Shown in pieces: positions 16,446-24,368 of a stretch of DNA of 53,907 nucleotides. The position numbers and the translations under genes were made by a program. Position 1 is the stretch's first letter. Each line of letters opens with the position of its first letter. The stretch is from a virus (taxonomy: Duplodnaviria; Caudoviricetes): the IMG/VR virus record IMGVR_UViG_3300046713_000242, positions 1-53,907 of that record. One strand, 5' to 3'. Below the pieces are notes generated by a model. That model was not told the DNA's origin. It ran no database searches and saw only the letters and a program-made list of their open reading frames with translations.

Positions 16446-17102
16446 TTAGCGTTCCTTTTTGACCGGGACGTGGGGCGGGTTGTTGGTGAATCTGAGGGCG
16501 GGTTTGCCTTGGAAGTCGGGCAGGCGCACGACCGGGAGCGCGTGCCCCGCCAGGTTGACCCTGGCCGACTTGACGTCGAGATCGAGCGCTTCGAGCGCGT
16601 CGCGCGCGTAACGGGCGTGGAGGATGCGCTGCTGCCTGCTGGGGGGATGGTCTTCATGCAGCTGGCGCGAGAGCGCGGCCCAGAACGTCAGGTGTTTGAC
16701 GGGCAGGCGCTCATCGGCGCGGAAGCGGTCGACTTCGCGCCGCATCGGCCCATAGAACGCCTCGAACAGCTCGTTTTTCTTTAGCTTTGTATCGCTCCGT
16801 TTGGCGCGACGCGCCTGGGTGACGCGGTCCATTTGCTGGCGGAAGCGGATGCGGCAGCCGAGCGCGCCCCGCATGACCAGCAGGCGGCCGCAGTCGAAGC
16901 ACAGGGTTACCCACTCTTTGCCGAGGGAGCGGAAGGTGGTGTGCTCGGCGTTGGGCTTTTCGCAGAGCGAGCAGACGCCGCGAACGGCGGTGTAATCCTT
17001 CATTGAGACGAAGGTCCAAGGCCCTCGGGCGGCCATGTCGGCGAGCCCAGACGGCGCGGCGGTTTCGGGGGCGGCAGCGGGTCGAGCTTCGTGATCGGTC
17101 AT
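16446..17102 (-). CDS. Hypothetical Zn-finger protein
   Basis: CSLC...CFDC; ATGA coupling. Confidence 0.65.
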   Translation of the reverse strand: MTDHEARPAAAPETAAPSGLADMAARGPWTFVSMKDYTAVRGVCSLCEKPNAEHTTFRSLGKEWVTLCFDCGRLLVMRGALGCRIRFRQQMDRVTQARRAKRSDTKLKKNELFEAFYGPMRREVDRFRADERLPVKHLTFWAALSRQLHEDHPPSRQQRILHARYARDALEALDLDVKSARVNLAGHALPVVRLPDFQGKPALRFTNNPPHVPVKKER

Positions 17103-17308
17103 GGGGTTGTCTCGGGCAGGGCCAGGCGCTGGCGCGCGAGGGCGTTGAGGACGGCTTGCTTGAGGGCGGACGTGTAGAAGCGGCCGCAGTCGAGGCACTC
17201 GCTATCGAGCGCCATCATGGCGACGTAGCGGCGCCCAGAGCCCCCGCAGCAGGGGCAGGACTGCACCCAGCGGGTGGTAGCGACCATGGGGGTATAGAGG
17301 CCGGGCAT
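17099..17308 (-). CDS. Zn-ribbon protein
   Basis: CPCC...CLDC. Confidence 0.6.
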   Translation of the reverse strand: MPGLYTPMVATTRWVQSCPCCGGSGRRYVAMMALDSECLDCGRFYTSALKQAVLNALARQRLALPETTP

Positions 17309-17616
17309 TAGGCAATCTCCCGCAGCCAGGCGGCGACTCGGCGCGCGCGCTCGATGCTCTTCTCGGTATCCCTGACCAGGTCCGATCCGATGCTGAGCTG
17401 CCTACGCCGCACATCGGCGAGCCAGTTCTCTTCGCGGTCCGCGGACGCCTCCAGATCGGTGATGGCCGAGACCAGCGCGGCTGTATCAGGCTTTTTTGGG
17501 CGTTTGCGCTTGGTGGCGATGACGACCGTTAGGGGGGCATTGCGCACGCTGTCGAGCTCGCCGCCCGGCAGGCAGACGCGGTCGTGATCGGCGCCCTTCT
17601 CTGTTTTCTTGGCCAT
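17308..17616 (-). CDS. Hypothetical protein
   Basis: TAATG coupling. Confidence 0.6.
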   Translation of the reverse strand: MAKKTEKGADHDRVCLPGGELDSVRNAPLTVVIATKRKRPKKPDTAALVSAITDLEASADREENWLADVRRRQLSIGSDLVRDTEKSIERARRVAAWLREIA

Positions 17617-17618
17617 GA

Positions 17619-17801
17619 TCAGGCGAACCAGGGGCCGGCGAGGCCGGCGCGCACGAGTGCCTGACGGTCCACGCCTTGCTCGAGCAGCGCGAAGAAGCAG
17701 TCGCGATCCCCGAACACGCCCGCGGTGTGCTTGTAGCGCTGCGCGTCCCAGAGCCTCTGCACGTCTTGCTTGGTGAGCGTCTTTTTGGGTGCGGTGCTCA
17801 T
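17619..17801 (-). CDS. Hypothetical protein
   Basis: ATGA coupling, GGAGG SD. Confidence 0.6.
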   Translation of the reverse strand: MSTAPKKTLTKQDVQRLWDAQRYKHTAGVFGDRDCFFALLEQGVDRQALVRAGLAGPWFA

Positions 17802-17977
17802 GAGCGAACCTCCGTCGAGAGCGCCCAGATCCCCGAGGGCTCTTGGTCGGCCGAGGTGAAGACCTGCGCGAGCAGCGCCGAGACGGCGGCGAAGGTGTCG
17901 AAGCCGTGGGCGTGCGCCTCGACGGTGTGGAAAGGGTCCTGGGCCACCGCGGCGGCCAGCTGCGCGTCAGAGACCAT
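17798..17977 (-). CDS. Hypothetical protein
   Basis: TAATG coupling. Confidence 0.5.
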   Translation of the reverse strand: MVSDAQLAAAVAQDPFHTVEAHAHGFDTFAAVSALLAQVFTSADQEPSGIWALSTEVRS

Positions 17978-18147
17978 TATGCGGCCTCGCTTTCGAGCGA
18001 GAGACCGAGCTCGGCGCACAGGGCGAGGCCGAGGCGCTCGCTGAGCTCGAAGTCGATGGCCGTAGCCGTCTCTTTGTCCGTGTGAAAGGAAAGGCGCCAG
18101 TGATCCTTCAGCGCCTCGGTGCTCAGCTTGCTCAGTAGATTGCCCAT
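17977..18147 (-). CDS. Small acidic orphan protein driven by repeat copy 2 (moron)
   Basis: 56 aa MGNLLSKLSTEALKDHW...; ATG 7 nt after the conserved leader. Confidence 0.7.
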   Translation of the reverse strand: MGNLLSKLSTEALKDHWRLSFHTDKETATAIDFELSERLGLALCAELGLSLESEAA

Positions 18148-18154
18148 GTCCCCG

Positions 18155-18228
18155 CCCCATCTCTGCCGCGCTTGGCGGCCCCGTAAGAACAATCATCAGC
18201 TATCCCAATACCGTTTGCAAACGGAATC
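18155..18228 (-). repeat. Dispersed promoter/operator/leader cassette, copy 2
   Basis: Identical to 5196..5269. Confidence 0.95.
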
Positions 18229-18233
18229 GAACG

Positions 18234-18572
18234 TCAGTCGGTGCCCAGGTGGGATTGGCTGGTGATTTCGAGGTTCGGGACGATCAGCACTTCGACGCCG
18301 CACCGAAGTACGACCGTGTAGCGGCGGCGCGAGTCTGTAATCGAGGTGATGCGCAGCGCCTTACGCTTCACGAGCTCGGTGAGCAGCCCAAAGACCGCTT
18401 CCACGGCTTCGCGCTTCTCGCCCGGGTAGAGGCTGGGCACGGCGTTGACGTAGCAGAGAATGCCCAGCGGGCGGGCGCTTGGCGGAATGGCTCGCGTCAC
18501 GTTGACGACAGCGCTCAGGTCGACGCGCAGCTGTTCGAACTGCCGGCGCTCTTCGGGGTTTTGGCCGATCAT
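18234..18572 (-). CDS. Hypothetical protein
   Basis: ATGA coupling. Confidence 0.6.
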   Translation of the reverse strand: MIGQNPEERRQFEQLRVDLSAVVNVTRAIPPSARPLGILCYVNAVPSLYPGEKREAVEAVFGLLTELVKRKALRITSITDSRRRYTVVLRCGVEVLIVPNLEITSQSHLGTD

Positions 18573-19024
18573 GGGGCGATCCGAAGCGCGAGTGCGCGCG
18601 GGCGTTCCCACACGTTGGCATCGAAGATCAGCACCACGCCGCATTCGCGCGCGCCTGCCGGCGTGCCTACGGTGTGGTGGTGGCGCGTGTCGTCGATCGC
18701 AGCCCAGCCATCGTTGCGCATCACCTTCATTTTCACGAGCGCATCAAGGCTCATCTTTGACGCGACGAACTCTGCGCCGTCTTTGTCGCGGCGCTTGTCC
18801 GGATGGTAGTGGACGAAGGTGATCGCCAGCGCGAGCGGCAGCGGCGCAAAGCCTTGTTGCAGCGCCAGCCAGCCGATCTTGTGCGTCCATTCTTTCTTGG
18901 CGTCGGCGAAGCCATCGATGCGCTTGCCGTTGGCCTTCGTGAAGCCGCGCGCCTTCTGGTCGATCAGGTCGTTGATCGTCGGCATGATGCCGGGCACCCA
19001 GAGCGCCTTGGGTAGCGCACTCAT
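18569..19024 (-). CDS. RusA-like Holliday junction resolvase
   Basis: PTIN...HPDKRRDKDG....KMSLDALV...NDG motif set. Confidence 0.75.
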   Translation of the reverse strand: MSALPKALWVPGIMPTINDLIDQKARGFTKANGKRIDGFADAKKEWTHKIGWLALQQGFAPLPLALAITFVHYHPDKRRDKDGAEFVASKMSLDALVKMKVMRNDGWAAIDDTRHHHTVGTPAGARECGVVLIFDANVWERPRALALRIAP

Positions 19025-19203
19025 GCCTTACGCCTAGGCAGAAAACGAGTGCACAGGCTGTCGGTGAAGTTGGCAAAAAGCAGCGTGCAATAAGCGTATT
19101 TCCACCAATCTTTGTCGAAAAACAAGCACGCCACGCCGATGCCCAGGGCGACGGCGCCGCTGATCAAGCCAATCCAAAAGAGCAATGCCTTACCGATCGT
19201 CAT
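19021..19203 (-). CDS. Small two-TM membrane protein
   Basis: Two hydrophobic segments, lower GC. Confidence 0.6.
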   Translation of the reverse strand: MTIGKALLFWIGLISGAVALGIGVACLFFDKDWWKYAYCTLLFANFTDSLCTRFLPRRKA

Positions 19204-19514
19204 TGTTCCTCAAGCAGCTTCGCGCGACGGCGGAAGCGCTCGGCGGTGGTGTGCTGGCCGTGGGCGTGTGCGAGCTCGGCCGCCTCGTGCAGAAGCGCGC
19301 TGGTCAGCACCTCTTCGCCGATCGACTGCTCAGCGAAGTGCAGATCCATCAGGTTTGCCGAGACCGTGAGCGCCTCGATCTCAGCGCGGTCGAAGTTGCG
19401 CGAGCTCGGCGCATCGTTTCCCACGCGGTGCGTGAGGTTGGCAATGCGCCGCTGCAGCGTCTGCAAGTGCTTGCGGGAGGGTTTGATCAGGTCGTCTTCG
19501 GCTCTGGTGTTCAT
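19200..19514 (-). CDS. Hypothetical protein
   Basis: ATGA coupling. Confidence 0.6.
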   Translation of the reverse strand: MNTRAEDDLIKPSRKHLQTLQRRIANLTHRVGNDAPSSRNFDRAEIEALTVSANLMDLHFAEQSIGEEVLTSALLHEAAELAHAHGQHTTAERFRRRAKLLEEQ

Positions 19515-19741
19515 GAGGGGGAGTCTATCCGTAGCCTTTGGTGCTGGTAGAGCGGATGCGGAAGCATCTTCACGCACCCGGTGCCGCTGTCTACGGCGCA
19601 ATAATCCGCGGTGAAGACCGGGCGGCCGCCGGCGATGGCCACAATGCGACCGAGCAGCTGGCCGGTGTGCGTGCGCGGCGCGCGCGGGTCGCGCTTGAGC
19701 GCGCGCCTGCACATGCGATCTCTTTGTTTGAAGCTCATCAT
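19511..19741 (-). CDS. Hypothetical protein
   Basis: ATGA coupling. Confidence 0.5.
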   Translation of the reverse strand: MMSFKQRDRMCRRALKRDPRAPRTHTGQLLGRIVAIAGGRPVFTADYCAVDSGTGCVKMLPHPLYQHQRLRIDSPS

Positions 19742-20238
19742 TTTGATCGGACCTTTCCAAAGCTGTTTTTGGTCGTGCCGCAGTCCACCAGCTGAAACCA
19801 GCGCGGGCGCGAATCGGCGATGCCGTGCCAGTGCAGCGAGTCCGGGCATGGGTCCATCACGCGGCCGCGGATCCAGTCCTCGACGTAGGCGCGCGCCGCG
19901 GCGACCTGGCGACCGCGCGCGCTCGCATCACCCGGCGTCAGCACGCGGATCGAGCGCGGGCGTGCGGCATCGCTTTTGAGCGTGGCGCTGTAGCTCATGA
20001 TCCGGCTCGGCGTGTCGCCGTAGCGATCGAGCCTGTGCTGCAACGTCCAGAGGATGGCGGCCCAGTCATAGACCGAGCGATCGGCCTCAGCGACCAGCAC
20101 GCGCGACAGTACGTCTTCATGGCCGCGCCAGGCGCCCGACGGGTGCACGAAGGCCTGCGCCTGGGAGACTGCGGCCAGGAAAGCCACCGACATGGCGAGC
20201 ACGAACAGGCTCAGAAAAAACGCGGTTTTGACTCTCAT
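19738..20238 (-). CDS. Secreted SleB/Hydrolase_2-like lytic transglycosylase
   Basis: Signal peptide (AQA-F), LSRVLVAEA catalytic-Glu helix, DPC...LHWH...PRW. Confidence 0.65.
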   Translation of the reverse strand: MRVKTAFFLSLFVLAMSVAFLAAVSQAQAFVHPSGAWRGHEDVLSRVLVAEADRSVYDWAAILWTLQHRLDRYGDTPSRIMSYSATLKSDAARPRSIRVLTPGDASARGRQVAAARAYVEDWIRGRVMDPCPDSLHWHGIADSRPRWFQLVDCGTTKNSFGKVRSK

Positions 20239-20540
20239 GGTGTCTTTCCTTTCTCGAGCGCAAACGTGATCGCTTCATCGAGCATTTCGTGGTCGACGCC
20301 TTCACCTTGCTGCAGCCCGCGGCGCAGGTTGCCCACGCCGCGGCTGTAGCTCTCGAGCATCAGCGTCCAGAGGATCTCGCAATCCGCGTTGAAGGCGTCC
20401 TCGGTCGAGGTAGGAATGCGCGCGTGGATGCCGCGCACGTAGCGCTCGAGCGTCACGCGCAGCGGGGCGAGCCGCTTGAACACGGCGCGCTCTTCGGCGC
20501 TGATCCCGGTGTGCGGGGTTTGCTGCTGGCGAAAACTCAT
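20235..20540 (-). CDS. Hypothetical protein
   Basis: ATGA coupling. Confidence 0.6.
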   Translation of the reverse strand: MSFRQQQTPHTGISAEERAVFKRLAPLRVTLERYVRGIHARIPTSTEDAFNADCEILWTLMLESYSRGVGNLRRGLQQGEGVDHEMLDEAITFALEKGKTP

Positions 20541-20815
20541 GATTCGATCCCTTCCCCTGTGCGGCAGTCGCTCGCCTTCTTGCGCGCGGCCGCGGCGCGT
20601 GAGCGACAGATCGCGGCGTCTTCTGTCCTGCCCCAAGCTTCCCAGCGCCGCGCCTGATCTTCCCAGCCACGCGCCGTGGCGTCGTAGCGCGGTGCGAGCT
20701 TTTGCATGTGCTCGCGGTCGAGCTTGCGGATCCAGCGGCCGCAGAACACGGCGAAGATGGACACGGCGCACATCCCCGCACCGATGCAGGTCAGCACCGT
20801 TTGAACCCGGCTCAA
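20537..20815 (-). CDS. Single-TM protein
   Basis: TTGA coupling, hydrophobic N-terminus. Confidence 0.5.
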   Translation of the reverse strand: MSRVQTVLTCIGAGMCAVSIFAVFCGRWIRKLDREHMQKLAPRYDATARGWEDQARRWEAWGRTEDAAICRSRAAAARKKASDCRTGEGIES

Positions 20816-21129
20816 TTTGCCCACACTTTCACGGCGTAGCCCTTGATCTCGGTATCGAGCGCGCTCGACACCCTCCACCACGCCCAGAAGTGCACGAGCC
20901 CGACGCCGAGCCACGCGATGCGGCGCAGCCCCACCAGCACCACGATCGTCGGCTTCTGCCCTTCGTCGTGGATCGCAACGGTGGCGCTGGTGAACGCGCG
21001 CCAAGGCACCTTCACGGTCGAAGCCTTGCTCGCCACGTAGAGCTCGAACGCGCGCGTATTGGCGGCCTGTACGAGGCGCTCTTCAGGCCGTAGACGGCCA
21101 TGGATCACTTTTGTCGACTTTCGATCCAT
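20812..21129 (-). CDS. Hypothetical protein
   Basis: Operon packing. Confidence 0.5.
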   Translation of the reverse strand: MDRKSTKVIHGRLRPEERLVQAANTRAFELYVASKASTVKVPWRAFTSATVAIHDEGQKPTIVVLVGLRRIAWLGVGLVHFWAWWRVSSALDTEIKGYAVKVWAN

Positions 21130-21575
21130 GCCTGCGCGCTCTTCGCTGTGATCCATTCACGGTGCTTTCCGGTGGGGTCTTCGCAGACCAAGCTACCCGC
21201 CTCGATGTGGTTACGCAGCGTGCGCTGCGACGAACTCGTCAGAGCCGCGAGAAAGCTCTGGTGCACACGCAGCCCGAGCGCGATGCGCACGCGGGCACAC
21301 GCAGCCTGCAAGAGCAGCCCGAGGGGGCTGTCGGGGAAGTCGGACGGGTCGAACGCCCCCCACTGGCGCGGCGTGGCTGCCGGCGCGCGCAGCCAGTACT
21401 CGAGCGCGCGCTTCACGTCGTTCTCGGCGCCGCTCGCCGTGTAGGTCGCATAATCGTACACGACGCCGATCGCACGCACGTGCAGGGGGAGCCCACAGAG
21501 AACGCGCGCTTGCGTGATGTAATCGGCGCGCGAGTAGTCGCCGATCCGTGGCTCGATTCGAGGAATTCCGCCCAT
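21105..21575 (-). CDS. Protein with a C-terminal HTH (Xis/MerR-like); candidate regulator of the repeat cassettes
   Basis: LAALTSSSQRTLRNHIEAGSL...WITAKSAQAWIE. Confidence 0.65.
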   Translation of the reverse strand: MGGIPRIEPRIGDYSRADYITQARVLCGLPLHVRAIGVVYDYATYTASGAENDVKRALEYWLRAPAATPRQWGAFDPSDFPDSPLGLLLQAACARVRIALGLRVHQSFLAALTSSSQRTLRNHIEAGSLVCEDPTGKHREWITAKSAQAWIESRQK

Positions 21576-21577
21576 TT

Positions 21578-21841
21578 TTACTGCTCTCGTTCTTGATCCG
21601 GGTCGTAACCCGGAACCTGCGCGCGCTTCATGAGCTCGCTGTTTACTGCCCACATGCAAAAGTCGCTGTCGATGTTCGGCCGCCGGCGTCCTTTGAGCCC
21701 GTACGCCTGAAGCGTGCCGCCAACGTAAATCGCGTAACCGTCGTTGCCGTGCACGCGGTGCGTCACTCTTACGGTGACGTAGGGGTATTTGACGTGCGGC
21801 GCGTGCTCGACGTCGAGCACCTGCCAGTCATCGTCGGTCAT
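21578..21841 (-). CDS. Small orphan protein (cassette 3, gene 2)
   Basis: ATGA coupling, lower GC. Confidence 0.65.
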   Translation of the reverse strand: MTDDDWQVLDVEHAPHVKYPYVTVRVTHRVHGNDGYAIYVGGTLQAYGLKGRRRPNIDSDFCMWAVNSELMKRAQVPGYDPDQEREQ

Positions 21842-22113
21842 GGAGCGGGCTTAGGAAGCCGCGGGCCGAGGATCAGCAAGCTGTGATCCCCGAGCACCTT
21901 CGGACTCATGCCCATGTATGCGTACTGCGGAGCGTCCGAAGCAATCAGCGCGATCGTGAGCTCGTTCTGTGACCATTCCTGGCGCAGCACGTCGTACCCG
22001 ATCTCGATCGCCTCATAAGAATCGCCGTAGCGATCTACGTAGGTCGTCGCTGTCCACGTCACGACTCGGGTCTGTCTCTTCAGGCCCGGGTAGGCACTCG
22101 CCAGAATCCCCAT
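21838..22113 (-). CDS. Small orphan protein driven by repeat copy 3
   Basis: ATG 6 nt after the conserved leader. Confidence 0.7.
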   Translation of the reverse strand: MGILASAYPGLKRQTRVVTWTATTYVDRYGDSYEAIEIGYDVLRQEWSQNELTIALIASDAPQYAYMGMSPKVLGDHSLLILGPRLPKPAP

Positions 22114-22291
22114 GCTGTCCCCCATCTCTGCCGCGCTTGGCGGCCCCGTCTTCTATCGATCCTGAGGTCTGGCAATACCGTTTGCAAGCGGAATCATCGA
22201 ATCGGCGAAAGTGATCCGCCTGCTCACCCTCAAGACGGCTCACGCGCCGCTCGAGCTGCTCAAGGCGTATTCGGTCGGCTTTGCCCAGCAC
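22013..22291 (-). CDS. Short coiled-coil ORF reading through repeat copy 3 (possibly interrupted by the cassette)
   Basis: N-terminal RLEQLERRVSRLE looks genuine; the C-terminus is repeat-derived. Confidence 0.35.
   Translation of the reverse strand: MLGKADRIRLEQLERRVSRLEGEQADHFRRFDDSACKRYCQTSGSIEDGAAKRGRDGGQHGDSGECLPGPEETDPSRDVDSDDLRRSLRRFL
22120..22195 (-). repeat. Dispersed promoter/operator/leader cassette, copy 3 (diverged middle)
   Basis: 30-nt leader identical and GATTCCGyTTGCAAACGGTATTG conserved; distal spacer and -10 region differ. Confidence 0.9.
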
Positions 22292-22300
22292 CGCCCCACG

Positions 22301-22813
22301 TTAGGCGGTGAGCCACGCCGGCGGCAAGAGCGTCTGCTTCACGCGGCTCTCGGCCCACCCGCGCACGGCGCTGAGGCCCGCAAGCAGCCAGTGCTCGAAC
22401 GAGAAGCGCTCGACCTGCAAGAGCAGCTGTTCGATCTCGACGCGGTCATATTTCGGGTCTGGCTTGTCGGCGAGCCGCTTGCTGAGCTTGTCGAGCGTGT
22501 CCCACGTCCACGCCAGCGCGCCCAAGCGCTTTGCGTTCTGCGATTCGATGTAAGTGATCTTGTCGCGATAGGCCGAGAAGATGCGGCGCTGATCTGCGTT
22601 TGAGAGCGTCGTCTGCATCACCTCGCGCGCGGCATCCCGATTGCCGAGCTTGCCCAGGTCGCGCGCCTTGTCGATGGCCGTGGCCAGCCACTCCGGCGGC
22701 GCATCGAAGCGCAGCGGCAAGAAGCGATCGAGATGGCGCGCGCCTTCGAGCGCAATGCCGATCGGGTCGTTCAGGTTCAGGATCGACTCTTTATCGGCGG
22801 TTTCTGGCTGCAT
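22301..22813 (-). CDS. Hypothetical protein downstream of the replication initiator
   Basis: Helical ORF overlapping the initiator end. Confidence 0.65.
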   Translation of the reverse strand: MQPETADKESILNLNDPIGIALEGARHLDRFLPLRFDAPPEWLATAIDKARDLGKLGNRDAAREVMQTTLSNADQRRIFSAYRDKITYIESQNAKRLGALAWTWDTLDKLSKRLADKPDPKYDRVEIEQLLLQVERFSFEHWLLAGLSAVRGWAESRVKQTLLPPAWLTA

Positions 22814-23942
22814 TGCGTTCTTCCTGGGCGTCTATCTCGGCCTGTAGGCTGTTCATTTGCTTGGTGAGGTCAGCAAGCTCGGCGCCGAAGTCACCCGCGG
22901 TCATGAGCTCCACACGACGCACGTTGATAGCCTCGATCTGGCTCTTGGGCGTGCGCGCCTGCACCACGCGCAGGTTGGGTGCGAAGTACTTCGAGGGGTG
23001 ATCCGCGAGATGGCGGATCGAGTAATTGCACTTCCGAGACGCGACCCACTCGTCAGCGAAGAACGCGTCGAGCGTCTTCGCCAGGTTCGCCACATGGTCG
23101 CCGGGCACCGATACGAGCCAGTCCACGAGCCGATCCACGTCAGGGCTGCCGTATTGCGTCCAGAGCCCAGGCTGCGTGGTCTGCTCCCAGCGCGCGGCGA
23201 ACTCGCGGATCACCAGCTTGCGGGTGCGGTCGAGTAGCGCTTGGCGGTCCGTAGGCGTGCCGCTGACGCCCGAGAGCGCCGACGCCACGACGCCGGCAAG
23301 GGGCCGCGCTCCGGGCGGCTTCTCGGGGCGCTCAGGGCGCTCGAACCTGCTGAACCCTTCCGGGGGCGCTGCTGCCGCTGCTTCTTCCACGCGCGCAGGC
23401 GCGTCTGAGGGAGATCCAGCGGCGGCTATGGGGGGTAGAGATCCGGGGGCAGAGGGAGATCTCTCTCTCTCTCTGTCTTCCTCTGCTTCTCGTGCGGATG
23501 TCCTGGACGCGTCCGACTTGTCCGCGGATGTCCTGGACGCGTCCGGTGATGGCGATGCCTTTTTTGCGGCGCGCTCATCTCTTTTGCGCTCAGCGTCAAG
23601 AACCTGACGCTTTGTGCGCAGGTCGCGATAGCGCCGGTGGTTGACGACCAGCCAGTAACCGCGCTCCCGAAGCACCCGCCTGCCTTCGTGATCGGGGGTC
23701 GTGCTCTCTGGATCTGGCGCTTCGAGAATCGCGAGCGCCTCAGTGGTTTCCTCAATGGTGAGATTTGCGATCCGAGCGAGATTGCCGACCGTCGCCGCGC
23801 GCACGCGTCCATTGGGGCCAGCAGCAGCCAGCATCGCCACGAAGAGAACGCGCACCGTGCATGGCAGCTGCCAAAGGCTCGAGCCCAATATCGACCCGTA
23901 GATCTTCACGAAGCCGTCGTCGGTGGTGTCGTCCATTCGCAT
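22791..23942 (-). CDS. Phage replication initiator (lambda O-like organisation)
   Basis: N-terminal FVKIYGSILGSSLW...LEAPDPES..PDHEGRRV...YWLVVNHRRYR family motif; internal iterons. Confidence 0.8.
   Translation of the reverse strand: MRMDDTTDDGFVKIYGSILGSSLWQLPCTVRVLFVAMLAAAGPNGRVRAATVGNLARIANLTIEETTEALAILEAPDPESTTPDHEGRRVLRERGYWLVVNHRRYRDLRTKRQVLDAERKRDERAAKKASPSPDASRTSADKSDASRTSAREAEEDRERERSPSAPGSLPPIAAAGSPSDAPARVEEAAAAAPPEGFSRFERPERPEKPPGARPLAGVVASALSGVSGTPTDRQALLDRTRKLVIREFAARWEQTTQPGLWTQYGSPDVDRLVDWLVSVPGDHVANLAKTLDAFFADEWVASRKCNYSIRHLADHPSKYFAPNLRVVQARTPKSQIEAINVRRVELMTAGDFGAELADLTKQMNSLQAEIDAQEERNAARNRR
23454..23545. repeat. Putative replication origin: two 22-bp iterons plus a strand-asymmetric purine/pyrimidine tract
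   Basis: GCGGATGTCCTGGACGCGTCCG at 23494-23515 and 23524-23545; CT-rich tract at 23460-23490. Confidence 0.7.
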
Positions 23943-23947
23943 CCCCC

Positions 23948-24057
23948 TTGCATTTTTCGAAAAACAGTTTCACATTCTCGTTCGCGCAGGTGCGGAAGAC
24001 AGCCGTAGCTGACCCAAAGGGCTCCCTGTTTACGAGACAGGTGAGCCCTTTTATTTT
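23948..24057 (+). ncRNA. Candidate ~75-nt antisense RNA (OOP/ctRNA-like) with its own promoter and terminator
   Basis: TTGCAT-N17-CACATT (23948-23976); hairpin AAAGGGCTC-CCTGTTT/AGACAGG-T-GAGCCCTTT followed by TATTTT (24016-24057). Confidence 0.6.
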
Positions 24058-24167
24058 CCCCCTGGAAGTGAGGCGGATCTACGCCGATCGGGGCGCTGTC
24101 GTCCAGCGCCAGATCATCGAATCAGGCGCGATCCCATGGGTTGCGTATGGTCACGCCGTGACCGCCA

Positions 24168-24368
24168 CTACCCCTCGGTAGGGCTCTTCAGCGCGGGCCC
24201 CGTGACGATGGCCAGCGACAGCATTTCGATCCGCTGCGCGCAGAAAATGCAGAGCTCACAAAGCCGGGGCTTCCCTTCCGGGTTGCGCACCGTCAGCGTG
24301 TTGTAGGGCTTCTCGCCGTCGCGCAGGTGAGCGCAGCGCGGGGGCCATTTGAGCGCCTGTGCGTTCAC
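24168..24368 (-). CDS. Small Cys-rich protein
   Basis: GTGA coupling; CAH...CELCIFC. Confidence 0.55.
   Translation of the reverse strand: MNAQALKWPPRCAHLRDGEKPYNTLTVRNPEGKPRLCELCIFCAQRIEMLSLAIVTGPALKSPTEG

Noticed and set aside
20041-20375. Shared CGTCCAGAGGAT (ILWTL) in two neighbouring genes
   Set aside because: Only about 12 bp with no flanking similarity; probably chance
5196-22195. The 74-bp repeats as a CRISPR array, attC sites or IS ends
   Set aside because: Copies are kilobases apart, there are no regular spacers, no cas, integrase or transposase gene is present, and they have promoter geometry
23460-23474. (CT)n microsatellite as a phase-variation tract
   Set aside because: In frame within the initiator (ERER) and better explained as the asymmetric ori tract next to the iterons
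14285-24156. Loose match GCGYGAC-N4-6-CGCAACCC between the 14.3 kb and 24.1 kb intergenic regions
   Set aside because: Short and gapped; cannot be distinguished from chance without homologs
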